NCBI GenBank assembly: GCA_017546785.1
Contig: JAFYRW010000031.1
Coordinates: 3,151 to 67,150 of the forward strand
DNA length: 64,000 bases
Reading direction: 5' to 3'
Source: Bacteroidaceae bacterium
Lineage (GTDB): Bacteria > Bacteroidota > Bacteroidia > Bacteroidales > Bacteroidaceae
Shown: one piece after another, positions 1 to 7,829 of the stretch
Numbering within the stretch: the stretch's first letter is position 1
How the letters are laid out: every line of letters starts with the position of its first letter
Translations under genes and position numbers: made by a program
Notes under the pieces: generated by a model
What the model was told of the DNA's origin: nothing
Databases searched by the model: none
What the model saw: only the letters and a program-made list of their open reading frames with translations

Positions 1-3
1 ATT

Positions 4-1587
4 ATGAAAAATACAGAAAAAGGACATAACATAATGAATGTGGCAATAGCAACAGCAGCTGTATTGCCTTTGGGTGCTGCTCTCTTTACCTCCTGCAACG
101 AGGCTAAAGAGCCTGCAAAGCCTATGAACATTCTCTATATAATGTGCGACGACCACTCGTACCAGACATTGAGTGCCTACGACTCGAGCTATATAAAGAC
201 TCCTAATATCGACCGTATAGCTGCCGATGGAGTGCGCTTTACCAATAGCTTTGTGGCAAACTCCATAAGCGGTCCCAGCCGTGCCTGTATGCTCACCGGA
301 AAGCATAGCCTTGCCAATGGCTTCACCGACAACCGCTCGTCGTTTGACGGCGCTCAGCAGACATTCCCCAAATTGCTGCAGGCACAAGGATATGAGACAG
401 CCGTAATAGGAAAATGGCATTTGACCTCGGAGCCTACAGGCTTTAACCATTGGGATATTCTCATAGGTCAGGGCGACTATTATAATCCTACATTCATCTG
501 CAATGGCGAAAAGGTGCAGCGTAGCGGCTATGCAACCAACGTTACAACCGACCTTGCTCTCGATTGGCTCGACAATGGCCGTAACCCCGAAAAGCCTTTC
601 TGTCTGTTGCTGCATCACAAGGCTCCTCACAGAACGTGGATGCCCGATACTTGCGACCTTGAGCTCTTCAGCGATTCCAATTTTCCTGTGCCGGCAACAT
701 TCTACGACGATTATAAAGGCCGCAAGGCTGCTGCCGACCAACATATGTCAATATCAAAGGATATGGACATTGTGTACGACCTTAAATTGGCCGACAAGGA
801 GAATGAGATACACAGCCGTCCCGACCTTGAAGAGGCCGGCCGCAGAATATACAACCGTATGGATGCTGCCCAAAAGGCTGCGTGGGATGCACACTACGAC
901 AAGGTCATTGCAAAATTCAAGGCTGCGGGACTCAAAGGACGTGCTCTCGACGAGTGGAAATATCAGCAGTATATGCGCGACTATCTGCGTGTGATAACAT
1001 CGGTCGATCGTAACATTGGCCGTGTGCTTGACTATCTCAAGGATAACGGATTGCTTGATAATACTCTTGTTGTCTATACATCGGACCAGGGATTCTATAT
1101 GGGAGAGCACGGATGGTTCGACAAACGCTTTATGTACGAGGAGTCCTTCCGCACTCCTTTGCTTATGCGTCTGCCTGGTGGCATCAAAGGTGATGTCTCG
1201 GAGCTTGTACAGAATATTGACTATGCTCCCACAATGCTTGAACTTGCCGGAGTAGAGATTCCGTCGGACATTCACGGTGAGTCGTTGTTGCCTCTGCTTA
1301 AAGGCGAAAAATGGACTACCGACCGCGAGGCTCTCTATTACCACTATTACGAATTCCCCGACGAGCACTCGGTTCATCCTCACTATGGAGTGCGCACCGA
1401 GCGTTACAAGCTGATGTATTTCTACGATGAGCTCGACTCGTGGGAGTTGTACGACCTTGAAAATGACAAGAATGAATTGAACAATATATACGGAACCCCC
1501 GGTACTGAGGAGCTTACAGACTCTCTAAAGCAGATGCTCAAGGAACTGCAGGTAAAGTATGGTGAGGAGGAGTATATAACTCAATGA
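4..1587 (+). CDS. S1-family sulfatase, predicted lipoprotein, serine-type formylglycine motif
   Basis: The ORF is 527 aa with an N-terminal signal ending in LFTSC. It carries the CDDHS metal-site motif and GKWHL. The sulfatase signature reads S-G-P-S-R-A-C-M-L-T-G-K, with Ser (codon 268-270) at the position that is usually Cys. An anSME gene follows 9 nt downstream. Confidence 0.85.
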   Translation: MKNTEKGHNIMNVAIATAAVLPLGAALFTSCNEAKEPAKPMNILYIMCDDHSYQTLSAYDSSYIKTPNIDRIAADGVRFTNSFVANSISGPSRACMLTGKHSLANGFTDNRSSFDGAQQTFPKLLQAQGYETAVIGKWHLTSEPTGFNHWDILIGQGDYYNPTFICNGEKVQRSGYATNVTTDLALDWLDNGRNPEKPFCLLLHHKAPHRTWMPDTCDLELFSDSNFPVPATFYDDYKGRKAAADQHMSISKDMDIVYDLKLADKENEIHSRPDLEEAGRRIYNRMDAAQKAAWDAHYDKVIAKFKAAGLKGRALDEWKYQQYMRDYLRVITSVDRNIGRVLDYLKDNGLLDNTLVVYTSDQGFYMGEHGWFDKRFMYEESFRTPLLMRLPGGIKGDVSELVQNIDYAPTMLELAGVEIPSDIHGESLLPLLKGEKWTTDREALYYHYYEFPDEHSVHPHYGVRTERYKLMYFYDELDSWELYDLENDKNELNNIYGTPGTEELTDSLKQMLKELQVKYGEEEYITQ

Positions 1588-1595
1588 TATAAAGA

Positions 1596-2843
1596 ATGAA
1601 AAGTAACAAAAAGAACAATCTGAATTTGGCCGATGTTGCAAAAATGAGCCGTATGCCGGCATTTGCTACACTTGTAAAGCCTATAGGCTCGGCTTGTAAT
1701 CTCGATTGCCATTATTGTTACTATCGCGATAAATCGGAAATATATGCAGGGAAGATGCCGTGTATGAGCGAGGAACTTCTCGAGACATATATACAACAAT
1801 ATATTCAGGGTGCTACACAGCAAAAGGTAACCTTTTGTTGGCACGGAGGAGAGCCTCTTATGGCGGGGCTGCCATTCTTTAGGAAGGCAATGGGGCTTCA
1901 GCAGAAATACAGAGGCGACAAAGAGATTGAAAATACCATACAGACCAACGGTATTTTGATAAATTCCGAATGGTGCGCTCTCTTTCGCGACAACAATTTC
2001 CTTGTAGGAATATCGCTCGACGGTCCCGAGGATATACACGATGCCTTCCGCAAGGATTGCGGAGGAGCCCCTACATTTGCGAGGGTAATGAGGGCTGTTG
2101 AAATGATGGCGCAGAGTGGCGTTGAATACAATATCCTCTCGACGGTTAATGCTCGCAGTGTAGGGCGCGGTGCCGAGGTGTATAAGTTCAACTGCTCGTT
2201 GGGACACTATATGCAGTTCCTTCCGGTAGTGGAATATGTGAGGATGCGCGGCGAGGGTAAACGCCCCCTTATAGTATCTCCCGACGAGGAGGATGCCGTC
2301 GAGGCTCCCTGGTCGGTAACGGCAAAGGGCTATGGCAACTTTATGTGCGATGTATTTGACGAGTGGATAAAGTTTGACGTAGGAAACTATTTTGTGCAGC
2401 TTTTCGACGTTACATTGGCAAATTGGTGCGGAGTACCGCCTCCTCTTTGTGCCTTTTGTGAAACCTGTGGCGACGGCCTTGTGGTAGAGCATAATGGCGA
2501 CGTATATTCGTGCGACCATTTTGTATATCCCGAGTATCTGCTAGGTAACATAAAGGAGAATACATTGCAGGAACTGTACTGCAGCGAGGCGCAGCAGGCA
2601 TTCGGACGCGATAAGCGCGAGGCGCTGCCTATGGAGTGTAAACGCTGCAACTACTATTTCCTCTGCCGAGGCGAGTGCCCCAAGCATCGTTTCGACTTTG
2701 CAAAGAATGGCGAGCCATATAAGAATGTGCTTTGCGAAGGATATAAAATGTTCTTCAGACATACCGACCCCTATATGAGGTATATGAGGACTTTGATTGA
2801 GAAAGGTGAACCTGCATCGTTGGTGATGCAATGGAAAAAATAA
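1596..2843 (+). CDS. anaerobic sulfatase-maturating enzyme (radical SAM / SPASM)
   Basis: The radical-SAM cluster motif CNLDCHYC lies at 1695-1718. C-terminal Cys clusters (CAFCETCGDG, CKRCNYYFLCRGEC) are typical of SPASM/anSME proteins. The gene is adjacent to a sulfatase. The true start may be an internal Met (MSRMPAF). Confidence 0.85.
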   Translation: MKSNKKNNLNLADVAKMSRMPAFATLVKPIGSACNLDCHYCYYRDKSEIYAGKMPCMSEELLETYIQQYIQGATQQKVTFCWHGGEPLMAGLPFFRKAMGLQQKYRGDKEIENTIQTNGILINSEWCALFRDNNFLVGISLDGPEDIHDAFRKDCGGAPTFARVMRAVEMMAQSGVEYNILSTVNARSVGRGAEVYKFNCSLGHYMQFLPVVEYVRMRGEGKRPLIVSPDEEDAVEAPWSVTAKGYGNFMCDVFDEWIKFDVGNYFVQLFDVTLANWCGVPPPLCAFCETCGDGLVVEHNGDVYSCDHFVYPEYLLGNIKENTLQELYCSEAQQAFGRDKREALPMECKRCNYYFLCRGECPKHRFDFAKNGEPYKNVLCEGYKMFFRHTDPYMRYMRTLIEKGEPASLVMQWKK

Positions 2844-2874
2844 AAGATAAATATTAACGAAAAAACAGATAACT

Positions 2875-4806
2875 ATGAATCCTAATTTTGTACTTCCTAA
2901 GATTGGAGAGCTGCCTGTATTGGCATCTATCGACAGTATATGTAAGTTTGAAAAAGTGCCTACAACCGTCAGCAGCACTGCTGCCGAGGGCGCAAAAAAA
3001 GCTGCCGACATTGTAGTGAATGCTATTAACCGTCACCGTTCCGACGGTAACTTTGTGCTTGGTCTTTCTACAGGCCGCACACCCCTCGGACTTTATGCCG
3101 AGCTTGTTAAACGCTACAAGAAGGGAGAGGTATCTTTCAAAAGAGTGGAGGTATACAGCCTCGATGAGTTCTATCCTATGACTCCGAGCAATCCTCAGAG
3201 CCGTAACCACAGAGTATTCGAGGATTTCCTCAACGACATTGATATTGATCCTAAAAACGTTCATTTCCCCGACGGTACAGTTCCTATGGAGCGTATACGC
3301 GAATACTGCAAGGAGTATGAGCAGATGGTACACGGCAACGTAGACCTTATGATTATGGGGGTCGGTGAGCTTGGACAGATTGGCTTCAATGAGCCCGGTA
3401 GCTACGCAAAATCAACAACACGCCTTGTGCAGCTTACATACAACAGCCGCAAGACACAGAATCAGTTCTTCTCTAACCCCAACGAGGTTCCCAAAATGGC
3501 TATCACAATGGGACTTGAGACCATTAGAAGCGCAAAGAGCATTGTTCTTATGATGTGGGGCGAGGATAAGGCTCTTATTGCTCGTAACCTCATCGAGGGC
3601 GAGATTAGCGAGAGTTATCCTGCAACAAGCCTCCAGCAGCATCCCAATATGAATGTTATTATCGATGAGGCTGCCGCTCAGGAGCTTACACGCGTTAAGG
3701 AGCCCTGGCTCATTGCTCCTCCCGCAGAGTGGACACCAAAACTCATCCGCAAGGCTGTTATTTGGTTGTGCGGTATCGTCGATAAGCCTATTCTCAAATT
3801 GACATTCCAGGATTATATTAACAACTCATTGTCTGACCTTTTGGAGCGCGTAGGCTCTTACGATCAGATAAACATCAGAGTATTCAACGATGTTCAGCAT
3901 ATTATCTCAGGATGGCCCGGAGGAAAGCCTAATGCCGACGATTCTACACGTCCCGTTCCTTCGAATCCCTATCCTAAACGTGTACTTCTCTTCTCTCCTC
4001 ACCCCGACGATGATGTAATCTCTATGGGAGGAACATTCAACCGATTGATTGAACAGGGACACGATGTTCACGTTGCATACGAGACATCGGGTAACGTTGC
4101 TGTAAACGACGACGTTGTATTGCAGAATATCGATACAGCCCGTGAGATGGGATTCGGACATCTCGGCGACCTTTTTGATGAGATTCGTCATATTATCGAG
4201 ACAAAGGTTCCCGGTCTTCCCGAGCCTCGTGAACTTCTCAATTTCAAGGGTGCTATCCGTCGTGCCGAGGCGCGTGCAGCGTGTCGCTCTATTGGATTGA
4301 ACGACAGAACAAACGCTCACTTCCTCAATCTTCCTTTCTATGAGACTGGAGGTATAAGAAAAGGTCAATTGACCGATGCTGATATTGAGATTGTAAAAGA
4401 GTTGATGCAGAGCGTTAAACCCCATCAGATTTATGCTGCCGGCGACCTTGCCGATCCTCACGGCACACACCGCGTATGTATCGAGGCTGTGCTTAGAGCA
4501 TTCGACGAGCTTAAGGACGAGGAGTGGGCAAAAGAGTGTCATATATGGCTCTATCGTGGAGCTTGGCAGGAGTGGGATCTCTCACTCGCTGATATGGCAG
4601 TGCCTTTGAGCCCCGAGGAGATGATACGTAAGCGTCACGCTATCTTCCGTCACTTATCGCAGAAGGATATTGTACCCTTCCCCGGTGAGGATTCACGCGA
4701 ATTCTGGCAGCGTGCCGAGGACCGTATGCAGGCTACAGCCCGTCTCTTCGACAAGATTGGCCTACCTGAATATCAGGCTATTGAAATGTTCGTTAAATTG
4801 CTCTAA
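2875..4806 (+). CDS. nagB: long-form glucosamine-6-phosphate deaminase: NagB-like domain fused to an LmbE/PIG-L-like deacetylase domain
   Basis: The ORF is 643 aa. The N-terminal half has NagB motifs (LGLSTGRTP, SLDEF). The C-terminal half has the LmbE zinc-site motif SPHPDDDVISMGG and a later DPHGTH. Confidence 0.75.
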   Translation: MNPNFVLPKIGELPVLASIDSICKFEKVPTTVSSTAAEGAKKAADIVVNAINRHRSDGNFVLGLSTGRTPLGLYAELVKRYKKGEVSFKRVEVYSLDEFYPMTPSNPQSRNHRVFEDFLNDIDIDPKNVHFPDGTVPMERIREYCKEYEQMVHGNVDLMIMGVGELGQIGFNEPGSYAKSTTRLVQLTYNSRKTQNQFFSNPNEVPKMAITMGLETIRSAKSIVLMMWGEDKALIARNLIEGEISESYPATSLQQHPNMNVIIDEAAAQELTRVKEPWLIAPPAEWTPKLIRKAVIWLCGIVDKPILKLTFQDYINNSLSDLLERVGSYDQINIRVFNDVQHIISGWPGGKPNADDSTRPVPSNPYPKRVLLFSPHPDDDVISMGGTFNRLIEQGHDVHVAYETSGNVAVNDDVVLQNIDTAREMGFGHLGDLFDEIRHIIETKVPGLPEPRELLNFKGAIRRAEARAACRSIGLNDRTNAHFLNLPFYETGGIRKGQLTDADIEIVKELMQSVKPHQIYAAGDLADPHGTHRVCIEAVLRAFDELKDEEWAKECHIWLYRGAWQEWDLSLADMAVPLSPEEMIRKRHAIFRHLSQKDIVPFPGEDSREFWQRAEDRMQATARLFDKIGLPEYQAIEMFVKLL

Positions 4807-4828
4807 TGCAATGAAATAAGAGTGTAAA

Positions 4829-6664
4829 ATGCGAAAAACTATTTTAGCACTCCTTTTATCTATTCTCCTTGCACCCCTTTTCGTAGGGTGCAAGGAGAAT
4901 GTTCAAATACGCTCGTTCGAAGCTGATAATGGCGTGTTTGCTCTTGATAGTCAGTTGTTTGTTGTTGCATCGGCCGAACTTCCCTATGCTCGTCTCCCGC
5001 GTGAATATTGGAGTGACCGTATGGACATTATCAAACAAATGGGCTTTAACACCGTTTTTTTGAGAGCGCCGTGGAGCCTGCACGAGCCAGATAGTGCACT
5101 CTACGACTTTAAAGGCGACAGGGATATTCACTCTCTTTGCCGTATGGCGCAGCAGAAAGGGCTTCTTGTGTGGCTACATATAGGTCCTGCAGTGGATGCT
5201 CATATTGATATGAGCGGACTCCCCTGGTGGCTGCTCAAGGAACAGAGAATGGAGTTTACAGCCAAAGATAAACTCTTTGTCGAGGCTGTACGCCGCTATT
5301 ATAAGGCTCTTGCTGCAGAACTGTCGCAAATGCAGATTACCAAAGGTGGTCCTATAGCAATGATACAGGTAGGCGAGCCCGGCACTATTGTCGAGAATAA
5401 TGGTCGCGCGCTTTCTGTGTGGCGCTCTCTAGCAGTAGAGGCAGGCTTTGATGCCTCGCTGTTTACCTCGGCGAGCCGCTCCTATGATGTAGGGCGTGTC
5501 ATAGCCGACTCTCTTACAACAGCGGTTCTTGTGGATAACGAGGAGCACTCAATGTCTAATTTTACATCTGTACGCAAATTGAATGCCGTTGCGCCATTCA
5601 TTGCCTATGATATTGACCGACGCTCTCCGCAAAAGTATGGCTATACAGCTGTGCGTGAGTGGAACAAGGTGTATATGAGAATATTTGAACTGCTGACCTC
5701 TGTGTCGTCGTTCAATATATCCTCGCTGTGTGCAGGAACAGCCTTTGGACATTTATCAGGTGCCGAAATTTCCGATGAGGGGCTTTATGTTCCCTATTCG
5801 AGCTATTCGGCTGCGGCTCTTGTCGATGAGGCTCTTCGCTTCGATGAGCAGTATGAACAGTTCTTTCTGCTGTTGAATAATTATGTTCACAACTCTTCGA
5901 AGAGGGAGGTTCCCGAATTTGAAGCGCCTTCATTGCAGGATTTTGAAGAGACCGTAGTGCCCGAGATTGCACCGTTGTTCGATAATCTTCCGCAGCCTAT
6001 AGAGTCGCAAAGAGCATTGACTATGGAGCAGTGCAATATATCTTCGGGTGCTGTTTTCTATGCGACAAAATTGCCTCCTACAAAGGGTAATGAGCTATTG
6101 TTGCTTTCTAAAATTAACGATAATGCCCAACTGTTTTTCGATGGACAGCCTATTGCTGCCCTGTCGCGCAACGACTCGAACAGGGAGTTCTTGCTGCCCG
6201 CCTCAGAGGATGGCATAATGCTCCATATTCTGGTCGATGCAATGGGGCGCGTGGGAAACAAGATTCAGTATAAGGACTATAAGGGCATTATCGGTCCCGT
6301 TAAAATAAAGGATGGCAGTGGCGCTGCTTCCGAGATTCTCGGTTGGGAGAATTATCCTCTCGCGGCAGAATATTCGTTTGCAAAAGAGTGCGGCTACCGA
6401 ATGTTGAAAGGGATGATGTTCCCCGGCTTTTATAGGGCTGTTCTCTCCTTTGGCTCCAACGACGACTTTTATCTTAATATGTCAATGTGGTCGCGTGGAG
6501 AGGTGTGGATAAACGGACACAGCTTGGGACGATTCTGGAATACCGACGGACAGGCTACTCTCTTTGTCCCCGGCTGTTGGCTGAATAAAGGTGACAATGA
6601 ACTTATTATACTCGATTGGATAGGACCTGTAAGGCCTGTCGTCTCGGGAGTAAAAGTGAGATAA
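4829..6664 (+). CDS. GH35-family beta-galactosidase-like lipoprotein (catalytic signature degenerate)
   Basis: The signal ends in LFVGC. GH35-like blocks are present (NTVFLRAPWSLHEP, GLPWWLL). The C-terminal galactose-binding-like block reads EVWINGHSLGRFWN..LFVP. The GGP..Q.ENE[FY] signature instead reads GGPIAMIQVGEPGTIVENNG. Confidence 0.7.
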   Translation: MRKTILALLLSILLAPLFVGCKENVQIRSFEADNGVFALDSQLFVVASAELPYARLPREYWSDRMDIIKQMGFNTVFLRAPWSLHEPDSALYDFKGDRDIHSLCRMAQQKGLLVWLHIGPAVDAHIDMSGLPWWLLKEQRMEFTAKDKLFVEAVRRYYKALAAELSQMQITKGGPIAMIQVGEPGTIVENNGRALSVWRSLAVEAGFDASLFTSASRSYDVGRVIADSLTTAVLVDNEEHSMSNFTSVRKLNAVAPFIAYDIDRRSPQKYGYTAVREWNKVYMRIFELLTSVSSFNISSLCAGTAFGHLSGAEISDEGLYVPYSSYSAAALVDEALRFDEQYEQFFLLLNNYVHNSSKREVPEFEAPSLQDFEETVVPEIAPLFDNLPQPIESQRALTMEQCNISSGAVFYATKLPPTKGNELLLLSKINDNAQLFFDGQPIAALSRNDSNREFLLPASEDGIMLHILVDAMGRVGNKIQYKDYKGIIGPVKIKDGSGAASEILGWENYPLAAEYSFAKECGYRMLKGMMFPGFYRAVLSFGSNDDFYLNMSMWSRGEVWINGHSLGRFWNTDGQATLFVPGCWLNKGDNELIILDWIGPVRPVVSGVKVR

Positions 6665-6800
6665 ATAAAACATTTACTATTTATGAATATAAAAGATCAA
6701 ATTCTTGTTTGATTATTGTATATTCGCAGAAAATAAGAACAAAGAAAAAGAGAAGATAATAATTGTTATATAGAAATTGAGCTTTTAGCTTTATTCCTAC

Positions 6801-6916
6801 AACTGAAAACCGCCAATTTGAAGAGACACAGGAATAAGCACGACAAAAAGTTCATACCTACGAGGTGTGAGCTGTTTGTGCTTATCTGTGTCAGGGTGCT
6901 TGGCGGTACCTCAGTT
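6801..6916 (+). other. 116-nt extended imperfect hairpin (candidate structured RNA, leader or MITE-like palindrome)
   Basis: I hand-paired about 43 bp in six helices: 6801-6806/6911-6916, 6809-6816/6900-6907, 6825-6831/6886-6892, 6834-6841/6878-6885, 6845-6847/6875-6877 and 6849-6859/6863-6873. The triloop is 6860-6862. Two G.U pairs exist only in the plus-strand transcript. Confidence 0.45.
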
Positions 6917-6946
6917 GAAGATTCGCAACAAACAGTTCCGCCTTTT

Positions 6947-7147
6947 ATGATACACATAGGAAAGATAATTGAAGAGGAAATGCGTCGTCAAGAGCGTACT
7001 CCCGCGTGGCTTGCACGTAAAATAAATTGTGCTCGTCCGAATGTGTACTATATTTTAAAACAAGAATCTATAAATACCGATCTTCTTTTACGTATTTCTC
7101 AAGTGCTTCATCACGACTTCTTTTGTTATTACTCAAAAGAGGTGTAA
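6947..7147 (+). CDS. small XRE-like helix-turn-helix protein (66 aa)
   Basis: The sequence MIHIGKIIEEEMRRQERTPAWLARKINCARPNVYYILKQESINTDLLLRISQVLHHDFF has an HTH pattern typical of small Bacteroidales regulators. I prefer the internal ATG at 6947, because the 5' extension of the 6818 ORF lies inside the hairpin. Confidence 0.6.
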   Translation: MIHIGKIIEEEMRRQERTPAWLARKINCARPNVYYILKQESINTDLLLRISQVLHHDFFCYYSKEV

Positions 7148-7181
7148 CCCTGATTCTTATAGCTGTTATTGAAAGCTGTAT

Positions 7182-7273
7182 AAATTTTCTACGTTATAGT
7201 ATAGTAAATTTACGTTGCTTGTTTTTGTTGGATATATATAATCAGGATCTTTGTATTAAATAAAATTTACGTT
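7182..7273. repeat. direct repeats AAATTTACGTT (x2 exact, plus one variant)
   Basis: Exact 11-mers lie at 7206-7216 and 7263-7273. A variant, AAATTT-TCT-ACGTT, lies at 7182-7195. All sit in the 171-bp spacer between the HTH gene and the Cys-rich gene. Confidence 0.6.
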
Positions 7274-7318
7274 TATCTATAACTGCTGCGACAGGATAAA
7301 TACTGCACTTTTGTTACT

Positions 7319-7792
7319 ATGAAAAAAATGTTTTTCTTATTTTTATTTATGATTGCTTGTAATTATGCTTTTAGCCAAAGCTTTGTAGCCTGTGGTGGCT
7401 GCGGTGGACGTGGAAGAGCTGTCTGCGGTGGCTGTTGGGGTAATGGCGTGACCTATATGGGCAATTATTGTGTTTTGTGTGGCGGTACAGGTTCTACTAT
7501 TTGTGCTGGCTGCAACGGTACAGGAGGTTATTATAGCAATATAAGCTATGATAATGTTAGTAACAATAATAATACTAATGTAGAACGCAATAAAACAGAG
7601 AATAAATCTTCAAGTAATTATGGCTACAAGGAGTGTTATAGCTGTAGAGGTAATGGAAAATGTACTACTTGTAATGGAAAAGGTTGGATTAGACATACTT
7701 ATACAGATACAATAGGAGATTGTCCTAATTGCAAGAATGGAGTCTGCTCAACGTGTAGTGGTGATGGAAAAGTTTATGGAAAAAAATATTAA
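7319..7792 (+). CDS. exported cysteine-rich protein with two DnaJ-type zinc-finger (CxxCxGxG) modules
   Basis: The ORF is 157 aa with a hydrophobic signal (possible lipobox MIAC, or cleavage after AFS). It has eight CxxC motifs at residues 25, 36, 51, 62, 106, 115, 135 and 143. Seven of them fit CxxCxGxG. An N/S-rich linker separates two four-motif modules. Confidence 0.7.
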   Translation: MKKMFFLFLFMIACNYAFSQSFVACGGCGGRGRAVCGGCWGNGVTYMGNYCVLCGGTGSTICAGCNGTGGYYSNISYDNVSNNNNTNVERNKTENKSSSNYGYKECYSCRGNGKCTTCNGKGWIRHTYTDTIGDCPNCKNGVCSTCSGDGKVYGKKY

Positions 7793-7796
7793 TAAA

Positions 7797-7829
7797 TTAA
7801 GCCCAAAGTTGAAAAAACTTTGGGCTTAA
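7797..7829. terminator. bidirectional rho-independent terminator
   Basis: A perfect 14-bp stem ttaagcccaaagtt/aactttgggcttaa carries a 5-nt loop. It lies between convergent genes. Confidence 0.75.

Noticed and set aside
754-2519. Minus-strand ORFs of 209 aa (754-1383) and 312 aa (1581-2519).
   Set aside because: They are antisense to the sulfatase and anSME genes, which have clear family motifs. These are shadow ORFs.
6801-6916. The idea that the long hairpin is a retron msr/msd or a CRISPR-like or other repeat element.
   Set aside because: No reverse transcriptase or cas gene is present and there are no repeated spacers. I found only one copy of the element in the window.
6766-6957. A 63-aa minus-strand ORF and the N-terminal 43 codons of plus-strand ORF 6818-7147.
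   Set aside because: Both are generated by the long palindromic hairpin (6801-6916). The HTH domain begins only at the internal ATG at 6947.
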